DNA of 64,000 nt, taken from assembly GCF_009914755.1 (NCBI RefSeq), contig NC_060931.1, one strand, 5' to 3'. Positions 29,461 to 43,992 of this stretch are shown piece after piece. The translations under genes were made by a program, and so were the position numbers. The stretch's first letter is position 1, and each line of letters opens with the position of its first letter. The DNA is from the human T2T-CHM13v2.0 reference genome, Homo sapiens. The notes below the pieces were generated by a model. That model worked only from the letters and a program-made list of their open reading frames with translations. It ran no database searches and had not been told where the DNA came from.

Positions 29461-29655
29461 TCTCATGAAAGTAGAGATTTTTCTACATCAGTGCCTGATA
29501 TGTAATAAACACTAAGTATTTCTTGAATGAATAATTTTTAAAATTATTATGTTACATGTAATAATTACCTAAAAGTATATTGTCCCAAATCTTGACATTA
29601 TTATTTTCAGTTTTGAAGGGTGTTAGAAAGCAGTAGGGCATGGAACCTCTGCTTT

Positions 29656-31074
<1,419 letters not shown>

Positions 31075-31099
31075 GGAACCTCTGCTTTATTATATATTG

Positions 31100-31328
31100 T
31101 AAGCAAAAATCTTTATAGAAATCCCTGTTTTCCTTTTCTTATTGTTAAACAATAAAATGTGCTAGGCTTTATAACCAGAGAAAAATGGGAAGGAGGTATT
31201 TCAAGGATAGCCTGATGATTATGTTTTTATAAATAAGATCCCAAACAGATGGAAATTAAACCAAATCATTCAATGACAGAGGGTGACAGTAGGTCTGAAG
31301 GCGGCTATTTTTATGGGGAGTGTTGAGG
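31100..31328 (+). repeat. 229-bp local direct repeat, copy 2
   Basis: Offset exactly 3995 bp from copy 1. Confidence 0.95.
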
Positions 31329-31349
31329 GTTTTGTTTTTCTTAGGGGAG

Positions 31350-31620
31350 AGTGGTTATTAGATTATTGAGCTAATAGAGCCACATTACTTGGGTTCACCA
31401 CTGGCTCTTGAAATGACAGTGGGGAACCTTTGAGCAACCTACTTAGCCTTTCTGTGACTCAATTTCCTCATCTGTAAAATAAGGTTTATACAGTATCTAC
31501 TTACCAAGGTTGTGCGAAGATCAAATGGATAATATATGTAAAGTAACTAGTATAGTTCATGGTACATCGTAAGTGATATGTAAATGTTGGCTGTCGTTGT
31601 TATTGTGCTTGTTATTATTA
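31350..31620 (+). mobile_element. MIR relic
   Basis: gagcaacctacttagcctttctgtgactcaatttcctcatctgtaaaat core. Confidence 0.7.
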
Positions 31621-32418
31621 TTATTAGCTGGAGTTTGTATCCCTAGCTGGCTGGCCAATATGTTGTATTCAGTCCCTGATGCCAAAGTGATTTATCCCTA
31701 ATGGAACAGAGACTATTTAAACTTTATTGAGGGACATCCAAATCTTTCACTGGGCTCTCAAGAGAGCTCTCCAGAAGACTGTTAAAATATAGTCAGATAA
31801 TATCTGCTGTGGAACTCATACAGGGGAGTTTAAGCTTCTGCCACTCAGGGTTCAAACATGAGATGGCCAAAACTCCTCCATAAGAATGAGTTTCCTGCCT
31901 TTCCTGCCACAGCCAGGGACCCAGGTTCTGGACCTTGCTAATGAAGCCTGGGTGATACATGGAGGGATAAGCAGCAGCCTGATAAGGAGTAGAAATGGGC
32001 TGAAAATAGGAAGGTGAGAGAACTCTGAGGAGAAGACTTATTTTTTTTTTCTTTTAACCCTTCAGTTCCTTCCCCCTTTGCTCTGTCTTCTTATTACCAT
32101 CTGACATCTTAGGGAAGCAGAGCTTTCAAGTAACAGCTATCTTAGGACACCAAACAAACAGAGCAGGTGGACTGGCTGTCTTCTGCCCTTGAAGTCATAC
32201 ACTAGTCAATATCTTCAGCTTAGTTTGCATTTGTGGCAATAAGATATAAGTATATTGTGCAGACCTACAAAGTTTGGCTTCCAAAATGGCGACTTCATAT
32301 TTTGTAAATTTATCAAATAAATGATTTTTCTTAATGTACCTTAAGTAGATGGAAATTTAGTTGAAATTTAAAATTTTGATTTTCAGAAGCTTAGGTGCAA
32401 TTGTATTTCTTTTTTTAG

Positions 32419-32570
32419 TGGAAATTAATCTCACTAATGACTACCGTGTCAGCGGAGGAGTTTCAGAAATGGTGTTTAAAGCAAGCAAGATAACTTTTCA
32501 CTGGGGAAAATGCAATATGTCATCTGATGGATCAGAGCATAGTTTAGAAGGACAAAAATTTCCACTTGAG
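32419..32570 (+). CDS. PTPRZ1: PTPRZ1 exon 4 (152 nt)
   Basis: ttttttag|TGGAAATT...CTTGAG|gtaagt. Translates [51 protein letters not shown] (FHWG and GSEH CA motifs). Confidence 0.97.
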
Positions 32571-33529
32571 GTAAGTCAGGAGATCTGCTGTGTACTATTT
32601 TATTTTCTAAATAATTGATGTTTTTATTTAGCATATAATTTGATTAATTTTAAAATCCAATATTAAAATTTATAAAGTGATATTTTGATTACTTGATTAA
32701 TATACTAGACTAAGCTAAATTAATGTAAGACTTATCTTTGATTTGCCACTTGCTGGTAAGTAGCAACCCAAAGTGCCACAAAATGGTAATCAATAAATGC
32801 TGATGAATTAATGAAGGAAGGAAAAGGGGGACAATTTCATTAACATACTGGAGAATCCTTTGATTTAAATCTTTTGATTAAAATGAGAAAAATTTTCAGC
32901 TTTAAAATTGGCAAAGTAAATAATTATAAAAAATGAGTGTGTAGTGAAATGTTTTCTTACATGTCTAGAGAAAGTCTAAATTGGTAGACTTTCTGGGAAG
33001 CAGTTTGCTTGTTTTTATTAAGAATTTTAAATGATTTACACTAAATACCCAACATTTAAATTTAAAGCCATTTAGTCTAAAAATTTAAAAATTGCAAAAA
33101 TTTATTTAAAATATAATATTGAACCAAAAGGCAATGATTATTTAAATACATTATGATGGATATTATAGATTTCACAAAAATCATGTTTTTGAATGATATA
33201 TATACATATAAAAGGCTCATGATAAGGTATTAATGGTTTTAAAAAGAAACATGTTAAGTGGTATAACCAGTATTATTTTTGCAATTTTTTAATACATTAA
33301 AATTAATTAAATATTGACTGAGAGTGGAGTCTGAATCAAATGGACTAGGTTTGAATCTTGACTCCACCATTTGGTTATTGGTTACATGACATACAATATA
33401 TAAATTATTTAACTTACCAATGCTTCCATTTTTCTTCCGTGAAATTGACATAGTAGCTGCACCTGCCTTATAACATTACTATGGAAATTAAATGAGGGAT
33501 TGACTTATTACTCATAAAAGTAATTGAGG

Positions 33530-33841
33530 AGCCAGGCGCGGTGGCTCATGCCTGTAATCCCAGCACTTCGGGAGGCCGAGATGGGCAGATCACTAGAGGT
33601 CAGGAGTTCCAGACCAGCCTGGCCAACATGGTGAAATGCCACCTCTACTAAAAACACAAAAATTAGCTGGTCATGGTAGCACTCACCTGTAATTTCACCT
33701 ACTCAGGAGGCTGAGGCATGGGAATCACTTGAACTCAGGAGGTGGAGGTTGCAGTGAGCCAAGATCACACCACTGCACTCCAGACTGGGTAATGGAGTGA
33801 GACGCTGTCTCAAAAAAGAAAAAAAAAAAAAAAAAAAAAAA
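33530..33841 (+). mobile_element. AluS
   Basis: Full dimer; near-TSD aaaagtaattga/aaaagcaattga. Confidence 0.9.
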
Positions 33842-34303
33842 GCAATTGATGGAATTCAAGAAAATGCTAGTAATGATTTTCTCTGGGTGATGGCATTATA
33901 GGTGCCTCTTATTTTCTCCTTTCAAGTTCCCATGTTTTCTAAAATACCTAGAATGAAACTATTCATTTTATAATTCAAAAGTTATTAATAATAAAAATAA
34001 GATAGGGTGAATTACCTCTTAAAAGACTAAAAAGCTTTTTTTAAAAGATGGATATCGACATTCATTTACAGCTTATACTATGGATTTTTTCTTTATTCAA
34101 TATTTTTAAAGAAAAGCACATTTATCAAATTTGCTTTGTCAAAGTAGTCAAAGTCAATTCATTAAGCAACATATCACTTCTGAGAGTTTAGCTTACTCAC
34201 AATATTACCTATTTAGAACAAAGATGAAGTTCAAGAAAAATTCTATCAACAAGAGCCCTGAGCAATCAAAATACATGGTACAGAATCCATGCACTAAACC
34301 TAA

Positions 34304-34665
<362 letters not shown>

Positions 34666-34782
34666 TTCTTTGTTGTTTTAAAACACTCTCTATGTAATTG
34701 TGTAAGCAGGAAACCCAAGGATCATCCCTGGCTTGCTCCGTATTTCTTATCTCCTACATCTCACAATCAAGTCTTCTCAATT

Positions 34783-35080
34783 CACCAGGCATGGTGGCTC
34801 AAACTGTCATCCCAGCACTTTAGGAGGCTGAGGCTGGAGGATCACTTAAGCCCAGGAGTTTGAGACTAGTCTGGGCAACATAGTGAGATCCCATTTCTAC
34901 AAAAAATAAGAGAAAATAGCTGAAGACGGTGGCATGCACCTGTTGTCCCAACTACTCCAGAGGCTGAGGTAGGAGGATCACTTAAGCCCATGAGGTCAAC
35001 GCTGCAATGAGCCATGATCATGCCACTGCATTCCAGCCTGAGTGACAGAGTGAGACCCCCTCTCAAAACAAACAAACAAA
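34783..35080 (+). mobile_element. AluJ
   Basis: Diverged dimer (ggaggatcacttaagcccaggagtt). Confidence 0.85.
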
Positions 35081-36046
35081 AGCCTTATCAGTTTTTCTCC
35101 TAAATACCATATGGGAGGTCAGAAAAAAGTTTGCTTACTTGGATTATTAAATTAATAATTATTAAGTTTTAAATCATATTTCTTTCGATTTCCCATGCTT
35201 GTCATACTGTCTTGCCTAATAGGCCTTTGCCAGGTGGTACTTCTGACTTGAACACATGCCCTTCTCTTCTGCCTTTCACCTGGCTAAAAGCTGCTCATTC
35301 TTGAAGGGTCAGTTTAGAAATCCTGTCTCTGAAAAGGTTTTGGTGACTCGCCCAAAGCAGGAGCCACTGCTATCCTCTGTTGCACACCCTCTGTTTCTCC
35401 CATCAGAGCACTGACTATGCTTTACGCTCTCAGAGGCTTCCTACTCTTACCTTAAGTCTACTTCTATCTAGCCTGAGACACCTGATTTCCAAACCCAGAC
35501 AGGAGAAGCACCAAATTATATAGAGGCTGTTACAGAGAGATACATATATGGACTGAAGCAGAAATTAACAAGGGATAGCCTCACAGCTGGAAAGGAGAAT
35601 CAAAATATGAAACTTAAAACTCTTTTGGTATTTTTTAGGTAGAAGCTGAGAGTCCTTGAGAGTTTCAATATTAATAGACCACAATATGGGAATATCAAAG
35701 AATGGTAACTCTGGACTCTCAAGAAAGGCATGCACTCTTGAGAAAGAAAATTATATTTAAAATAATTCCATAAAGCAGTTAAAGTAATATATGATTATTT
35801 ATTTTATGTAATTGTTCTAATAAATTTTACGGCACAGTCCCCTGGTAATCTCAAAATGGTCATTTTGGTTTTAGATATGTCTAACTTTCTATTCCCTTCC
35901 TTATTGAAGGATGGTAAATGATAGCAAATGTAGTTGTATACATGTAATTTATAAAAGATTTTGGAAATACTTAGAATGTAGAATTCTCTTTGCTGATTTT
36001 TATGAAGTCTTTGTGTATCATAAAACTATCATTGTTACTTTTATAG

Positions 36047-36142
36047 ATGCAAATCTACTGCTTTGATGCGGACCGATTTTCAAGTTTTGAGGAAGCAGTC
36101 AAAGGAAAAGGGAAGTTAAGAGCTTTATCCATTTTGTTTGAG
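36047..36142 (+). CDS. PTPRZ1: PTPRZ1 exon 5 (96 nt)
   Basis: ttatag|ATGCAAATC...TTTGAG|gtaata. Translates [32 protein letters not shown]. Confidence 0.97.
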
Positions 36143-36658
36143 GTAATATATATACACTTTACACTAATGTAATTCCTTTTTAAGTCACATTAAATATTGA
36201 CGTGAAATATCAAGACATAGTTTCTAACAAAGAGAGGAGCTCACAAGTAAAATTAAAACTGGTGGTCATTTTCAAAAAAAGATGACCCTTGCCTGGTATT
36301 TTTAAAAGGAGACTCTTGTGTTTGTTAATTGGGTGAATCTTTTCTAGCTGGGGCAAAGTGTTCTATTAAGTACACAGATTTGCTTATAGTACATAAAAGC
36401 ATCATATTAATAATTATGTATTATTATCAGTAACTATGAATCATAAAATTTTAAAATTTACTTTTCTTAGTGAAATATGTAAGTTACCTGGTTTTTGTTT
36501 GCTTTATTTGTTTTCACCTAGCTATAAAAAAAGTGTTTTTGGAACTTACTATTTTTTAATGCACATATTTAAAATGGAATTCATTAATCTTCACATTTTT
36601 ATTGAATAGTTATCCAAATGTTTTATTCTTTTTTTAGAATGTGATTCTTTTTTAACAG

Positions 36659-36725
36659 GTTGGGACAGAAGAAAATTTGGATTTCAAAGCGATTATTGAT
36701 GGAGTCGAAAGTGTTAGTCGTTTTG
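36659..36725 (+). CDS. PTPRZ1: PTPRZ1 exon 6 (67 nt)
   Basis: taacag|GTTGGGACA...CGTTTTG|gtaagc. Translates [22 protein letters not shown](G). Confidence 0.96.
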
Positions 36726-38205
36726 GTAAGCTACTTGGGGAACTATCTTTCTTCAGGATTCTGCTTTGGATGGATAAGAATGTTGACAATACGACAAAAG
36801 TCACTTGTTCCAAAAGGTGGAAAGTACTACATTTTTAAAGAGGAGCAATCTCTCACTTTCCACACTTGATAATTTATACATTTCTCACCAAATAAATAAC
36901 AATTTATCAGAAAATTTTGTTACATCAAAAGCATGAAACATTAATGTAAGTAGGAAATTGAAGTTTTTAAAATTCTTGAAAATAATCTAATTATATCATG
37001 CAATTAAAGCCTATTTATCTATTATGTCTCTGCATTATACATCCGTTAAAGACTAATTCCTAATCTGAAACCAGCTAATTTTATAAATATCATATTTTAA
37101 AGTAGAAAAGGAATTGTTACTCAAGTTAAAATTTATTCCCTGGTGGTTTCCTTGATAAATCCTTTGCTTTATCAACATGAGGAGATGAGATTTTTGGAAG
37201 AAGGTCAACACTTACATAGAAGAAGATGCAATATGCTTTGACATTGTTCTGCCTGCTATCTCATGGATCTTGTAATTTGTCACAACAAATGCTTTTAACA
37301 ACATGGGCAGAGGAGTGTAAGCCTATTAATTTTACTATTTTATTTTTATTAAGCACTCACACACAGGATCTTAATGCTGCCCTGAGTTACCAATAAAATG
37401 AGGATTATTCCTCTCTGGAAGCTGCAAAATTTGAAATCAGAAACAAAACTCATGTAGATCCTTTTCTTGAAAGCAGAAGCCTGGCCTAGGATTGATTTAT
37501 CATTGTCAATTACATGTGAGGATCTGAATTGACCCAACTTTTCAGAAGTCAGGAATATGTGAACTCCTGCAGGGTAGCTTTTATTTTTTTTTTTTTTTTA
37601 GAGACACAGCACAAGATGAAGCTGTTACCTCCCTCCATCAACCCAGATTGCAAAATTCTACATTGAATGCGATAAGTCACATTTAATTTTCCCCACTTGA
37701 GTCACAAAGTAGATTCTATCCAGACTGAAATAAAACAACTTGTTTGAATTCCTATACTTAAAAAAATGTGTAAGATATGAATTCTGAATGTTCCAGACCT
37801 TGCACCAGCCTGTGGGGACAATGAAAGAGATGTTAACACTGGGTTGTTAACCCTGACTTGTGCAACTATGGGACCTTTGAGACTTTCTCTTAAGGCCTCT
37901 TTACTTTCCCAGGTACTTTACTTTTTGGGGGTGCCTTGGAAGGCACTCATACGAGCTTGAGAATAAACTTGCTCATGTTCTTTAAAATTTCCTTTCTAAT
38001 ATCTACTGTCTGAAAGCCATTCAGGAAGATACTTTGTCAGATACACTGTGACTACATATTCTCTCCCTTTCTGAGAATATGGATTCCCTAACAGCATTAT
38101 TCTGCCTATATTCTGGCTCTTAATTTGAAAGCAGAACAGTTCTTGGATTAGCTGAGGACGGATTCTAGTCCTTTACCCCCTCTCTCTCTGTCTCTCTACC
38201 TCACT

Positions 38206-38578
38206 TGTATTAGTCCATTTTCACACTGAGAGTAAGTGATGTGTAAAAGAAAGAGATTGAATTGACTCACAGTTCTGCATAGGTGGAGAGGCCTCAGGAA
38301 TCTTACAATCATAGTGGAAAGCAAAGGGTAAGCAAGGCATGTATTACATGGCAGCATGAGAGAGAGAATGAGAGTGTGAGCAAAGGAGAAACTGCGGAAC
38401 ACTTATAAAGCCATCAAATCTCGTGAGAACTCACTCACTATCATGAGAACAGCATGGGGGAAACTGCCCCCATGATCCAATCACTTCCCACTTGGTCCCT
38501 CCTCAACACATGGGGATTACAATTTGGATTACAATTCAAGATGAGATTTGGGCAGGGACACAGAGCTAAACCATATCA
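38206..38578 (-). mobile_element. MSTA/THE1D-type MaLR solo LTR
   Basis: tgtattagtccattttcacactg...agctaaaccatatca; near-TSD tcact/ccact. Confidence 0.85.
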
Positions 38579-40733
38579 CCACTATTTGTGCACCAACTTC
38601 CTCATTTACCAAAAACCAAAATCCTTCATGCCTATCCACTCATTCATCTGGATACTTAGTATTTCAATATACTCAGCAAGGACAACTACCCAAACCAAAT
38701 AAGTTAAGTCTTTCTAAAGTCAAACGTTTCCATTTTGAGAGTTCTTGAATTAAATCCAGTCTATTTCTGACTCTAGAAAATCCCCTACTGCCCAATAAAC
38801 TGAAGGCTCCCCCATATTGGCAATCAGACATTGCTGCTGGCAACCTTGAGGATCAAAGGTGGGACTTGTCTTTAGGCAGTGATTCTGGAACCACAGCTAA
38901 ACCCCCAAATTTGGCTCTGTATTCACCATATAATGTAAGTTATTAAAAAAAAAACACCTTTTCAACCATTATTCAGATTATAAGATCTATCTTACTATGC
39001 TGTGGGCTGGTTGCTCATTTCCTGTTTCCTCTCTAAAGGACAAAGCCCATTTCTCATTCCTCCCCTCAACCCCTCTTTCTTTCTTTCCCTCCCATCCACC
39101 ATACCTACTCTATGTTAGGCATTATCCTATCCATGGAGTGGAGAGAGAGAGAGCATGATGTTGCAGCAATACTGAGATAATGAATTAATATTTTCCAAGC
39201 AGAGCCCACAAAAGACGTTAGTTGCAATCTTTCGAGTTGCAGGGAAGAGACACATCCCAGGTAACATCATCAGTGATTATCTGATGGAAATTCTCATCAG
39301 ACTGATTTATAGTGCTTTCTTAATCACAATTTCAGCCCAGAAATTTCTGTACTGAAAAGTCCTCATAGGCATTGGTGTGACCCCATGCTAAATATCATTG
39401 TCCTAAGTAATAGGAGCTGGTTTTATGTAGTTACTAGCCTTTCTCTAGTGCTTGGCCCTATTGTGGTTTCTTCATCTTTGTTCCTCCCCATCTTTTTTCT
39501 TCCACCATTAGCCTTCTCATGGACGGATCTGATTAGTTGGTTGGTTGATCATCATTACATGTTCAAGCAAATAATGATTGCAAAAATGAATGACTGACCC
39601 CAAATAGAGCAGCACTGGCTCTGCTGTGCTTCTCTCTTGTGTTAACAATAGTGAGGTTACTTGGATGAAGCAGGTGTTTTTTTCTCAAGCCAACAAAACA
39701 AAATGAAAACCACAAACACAAACAAAGGAAAACACTGTAGTGAAATTTTGTTAGAAGAAAATGTAACTGAAAAGCACTTCTGTAATTTAAAAATCTTGTG
39801 ATATCTAGTTACCACATCCGTAAGAGAGACCAGGTGACTGCTATTGAGGTCCAGAGGCAGAAGAATGGATTCCACATTGGGGATAGGGAGAGGAAAATGA
39901 AAAAAAAAAAATCTTCTTCTGATTCTTTTGCTTCTTTTTAAATTTTTTCCCCTTTAATTTCTTTCCCAATAATAGGAAAATTCTCTGTCTCACTCTCCTT
40001 ACTCAGGTCTCACCTCTGCTTTCCCTTCCGGGCCCCTGGCTCTCCTGGGGTCAATTCATTTCCACCTAACTTAGCAGCGAGTCAATTTCTGGCTCTTTAC
40101 CTAATTAGTATTCTCAACACACACATTTTTCATGAAATATTTGTAAGATAAATTTAGTCTTCAGTGGGAAAAGGAACAATTACAGTCCACTTGTCAGTTA
40201 AGGAGGTAATTTAACTACAACACTTTTCTAGTATTGAAAACATAAATCTAAAAAACATTCACAGATTAAAAAAAAATATTCTTCTTAGTTCCTGAGAACT
40301 TGAATCTAATCTGAATTCTGATCATGTTATCTTGGCATTGGAGAAGAGGAGGACATACTTTTAGAAGTTACTAATGAATCCGTTAAATCAAAGAAAACTT
40401 GAACTTTCTAATGGATTAAAACTACATGTAGGACATATTGACGTGACTATCAATTCAGTTAAGAAAAGGTTTTTATTTCTAAGATTCAGTTGTTAATTCA
40501 GACTGAAGCAGTTGTCTGTAACTTTAGTTAATAACAGTACTCCTTTTCCCTTCAGAAGTTTCTGTTACAGAAAAGTTAACATTTACTAATTTAACTTTTA
40601 AATAACTTATTTTTCTTTGAGGCTTTCTGAGTATGTTCAGTCTTCATAGAGTTTACAGCTGGAATAGACTTTTAAGATCAGATAGTCTAGTCATTTCGTA
40701 TTCTAATGTGGAAAGTGTGGTTAAGAAAGACTA

Positions 40734-41034
40734 GGCCGGGCGTGGTGTCTCACGCCTGTGATCCCAGCACTTTGGGAGGCCGAGGCGGGCGGATCACGAG
40801 GTCAGGAGATCGAGACCATCTTGGCTAACACGGTGAAACCCCGTCTCTACTAAAAACACAAAAAATTAGCCAGGCGTGGTGGCAGGCGCCTATAGTCCCA
40901 GCTACTCGGGAGGCTGAGGCAGGAGAATGGCGTGAACCCTGGGGGGCGGAGCCTGCAGTGAGCCGAGATAGCGCCACTGCACTCCAGCCTGGGCGGCAGC
41001 GAGACTCCGTCTCAAAAAAAAAAAAAAGAAAGAA
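40734..41034 (+). mobile_element. Young AluY
   Basis: CpG-rich, AluY diagnostics; TSD aagaaagacta (40723-40733, 41035-41045). Confidence 0.92.
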
Positions 41035-41094
41035 AAGAAAGACTAAAACCTTGAAAAGGCTTCACTTTACTTGGGATTTTCTACACTAGCCTAC

Positions 41095-41255
41095 TACCCT
41101 GCATGTTTGCATCACCTGGGGATGCTTTTTAAAAATCTAGATGCCCAGGCCTGACCACTAGAGATCTTAATGCAAATGGTCTAGCGTGGGGCCTGAGGCA
41201 TTGGTATTTTTCTAAAACTCCCTGGATTATTCACATAAGGATTAACACCACTGCT
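41095..41255. mobile_element. MER5-family relic
   Basis: atcacctggggatgctttttaaaaatctagatgcccaggcc..ggcattggtatttttctaaaactccctgga..accactgctcta. Confidence 0.55.
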
Positions 41256-41644
41256 CTACACTCCGCCACCTCACTTAGACTACACGGATTGGCTTCAGGG
41301 ACTATTTCTTAATGGCCTTAATCTCATAGAGAGGGCAGAGGACTTGCACTGGGCTGGGTAGTTCAGGAGATAGGAAAACAAATTAGACACAGATCTCACT
41401 GGTAAGTAGATTGCTGCCTACATGAGTGAGGGCTGGTTCACAAATAGCTAAATGACCAAGGTATTGCTATTGGTAAGTGCTATTGGACAGATACAAATGA
41501 GACTATTCAAGGAGACAGATATATTTGGATTGTTTCAGGGTTTGAAGGCCAGATGGCCCACCTAAGAAAACTCTACCAGTTTTTGGATAGAAATTCTATA
41601 ATCTGTATACAAGTTTATATATAAGAATAAACCCATATTTATTG

Positions 41645-41679
41645 GTGTGTGTGTGTGTGTGTGTGTGTGTACACACACA
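41645..41679. repeat. (GT)13 microsatellite abutting (AC)4
   Basis: Read directly from the sequence. Confidence 0.95.
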
Positions 41680-41689
41680 AACACATCTG

Positions 41690-43310
41690 TGTATATTGTA
41701 TCAAAAATATTTTTTTCCACTCTTTGGCTTTCCTTTTAACTCTCTTAATGACTATTGATGAATAGATCTTGATTGTCATATACTAAATTTTATCATTTTT
41801 CCTTTTATAAGTAATATTTTTTGTGTGCCATTTCAGAAACCTCAACCTACCATTAGGTTATGATGATAATTTTTTAATGTTTTCATTTAAAAGCATTATG
41901 AATATGTTCATTTAAATCTGCAATCAGTTTAGAACTGATTTGTGCTTATGATGTGAAGTAGGGAATCAAGATTCACTTTTTTCCATGAGGATATTCAATT
42001 GATATAGCACTGTTTATTGAAAAGACCATCCATTCCACATTCCATAATAATTTTTTCTATCATAGATCAAATGATCATATTTTTCTCTTTTATTTTCTCT
42101 TCCATTGTTCTCTTCATCGATCTTTGCACAAATACCTCACTATCATAATTTCTACAGCTTTATATGTAACAGTATGACAGCTCTTCCTATCTGGTAGTGA
42201 AAGTTTTCCAGCTTTATTATTTTTCAAGATTGTCTTAACTTTTCTTTGGATTTTTATTGAGATTTTAGAATCAATATGTCAATTACACACACAACCTTCT
42301 GGGATTTTAATTAGGATTTCATTGAATCTATGAATCAATTTGGGGAAAATCAACACCTTCACAATACTGACTCTTCCAACCCATGAACATAATCTTTCTG
42401 CCATTTTAATATTTATTTAATTCTCTCCAGAATGTTTTGTAATTTTCAGTGTAGATATTCTACACATTATTTGTTAGATTTATTTGTATTTGATAATGTT
42501 TTCCTATTTTAAATCATATTGCTTTAAATTTTATTTTCTGTTGTTTGATGCTGGTACACAGAAATACAATTGATTTTTGTATATTGATCTACGTGCAGTG
42601 ACTTTGCTAATTTCACTTATTATTTCTCATTCTCTGTAGATGATTTTCTTTCTTTCTTTTTTTTTTGAGATGCAGTCTCGCTCTGTCACCCAGGCTGGAG
42701 TGCGGTGGCGCCATCTTGGCTCACTGCAACCTCCGCCTCCCAGGTTCAAGCGACTCACTCTCCTGCCTCAGACTCTTGAGTAGCTGGAACTACAGACACG
42801 TGCCACCATGCCCAGCTAATTTTTTGTATTTTTAGCAGAGATGGGGTTTCACCGTGTTAGCCAGGATGGTCTCGAACTCCTGACTTCGTGATCCACCCAC
42901 CTTGGCTTCTTTACAGGCGTGAGCCACCACGCCCGGCCTGTAAATAATTTTCAATGTTTTACATGCACAATCATGTTATTTGCACACTGTGATGGTATTA
43001 TTTTTTCCTATACAATCTTAAGATTTTCGTTTCTTTTTTCTTTATTGCACTGGCTCAGTCTTCCAATTCAATGTTAAATAGAAGTGGTGATGGCAGGAAA
43101 TCCTGGTGTCATTCTTGATCTCTAGGGGAAACACTTTCAATAAGTCATTCTTAAATATGATGACTAGTACAGGCTTTGATGATCATCTTCACCAGAATAA
43201 GGTTGTGTTTTTATTTTCCATGAACTGGTATTGAGTCTTATGAAATGATATAACTATATCTATTGAGATGATCATCTGATTTCTGAGTATTTTTATATGT
43301 AAAATATTCT
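41690..43310 (-). mobile_element. Ancient L1M fragment (interrupted by an Alu)
   Basis: Degenerate antisense L1 ORF2 motifs (ttgaatctat..caatttgggg; aaatacaattgatttttgtatattg; aatgttaaatagaagtggtga). ORF 43189-43398 contains the 'NQMIISID' L1 RT remnant. Confidence 0.75.
42644..42938 (-). mobile_element. AluS(c)-like inside the old L1
   Basis: Dimer with a small internal deletion; near-TSD tgtagatgattttc/tgtaaataattttc. Confidence 0.88.
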
Positions 43311-43539
43311 GTTCACCATCTTGATGTAAAGATAAGTCATCTAACACTGTATAGTGACATGTGTAATACAATTTGGGGCATGCCAGCTTTATTACCATTT
43401 AAAAATATATCTAAAATGTTTCAAAATCTCAGTTTTGATTAAATACATAACAAAGCATGTGTCTCTGTTTCATAGAAGTTTTGAACAGCTAAGTTCCAGT
43501 GTTGAGATTCCAGCTGAGATGTATATTATTCCTTTTTAG

Positions 43540-43697
43540 GGAAGCAGGCTGCTTTAGATCCATTCATACTGTTGAACCTTCTGCCAAACTCAACTGACAA
43601 GTATTACATTTACAATGGCTCATTGACATCTCCTCCCTGCACAGACACAGTTGACTGGATTGTTTTTAAAGATACAGTTAGCATCTCTGAAAGCCAG
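43540..43697 (+). CDS. PTPRZ1: PTPRZ1 exon 7 (158 nt)
   Basis: tttttag|GGAAGCAG...AGCCAG|gtaatc. Translates [52 protein letters not shown] (GSLT.PPC CA motif). Confidence 0.97.
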
Positions 43698-43841
43698 GTA
43701 ATCTTAGAAATTCAAACAAATCAAGTAATTCAAAGCCATTTAAAAAACATTATGTTCTAAGTTTGCTATAAAATATCCATTTTAAAGCATTTACCAATGC
43801 CTTTGAAGCAGATATGTTAAATTATTTGATCTTTTTTTCAG

Positions 43842-43992
43842 TTGGCTGTTTTTTGTGAAGTTCTTACAATGCAACAATCTGGTTATGTCATGCTGATGGA
43901 CTACTTACAAAACAATTTTCGAGAGCAACAGTACAAGTTCTCTAGACAGGTGTTTTCCTCATACACTGGAAAGGAAGAGATTCATGAAGCAG
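43842..43992 (+). CDS. PTPRZ1: PTPRZ1 exon 8 (151 nt), end of CA-like domain
   Basis: tttttcag|TTGGCTG...GAAGCAG|gtatgt. Translates [50 protein letters not shown]. Confidence 0.97.

Noticed and set aside
32395-32418. In-frame upstream AG before exon 4 (+24 nt)
   Set aside because: It lacks an adjacent pyrimidine tract and the true acceptor is strong.
43698-43841. 144-nt intron 7 is a multiple of 3 (in-frame retention?)
   Set aside because: In-frame TAA at 43758-43760; retention would only truncate the CA-like domain.
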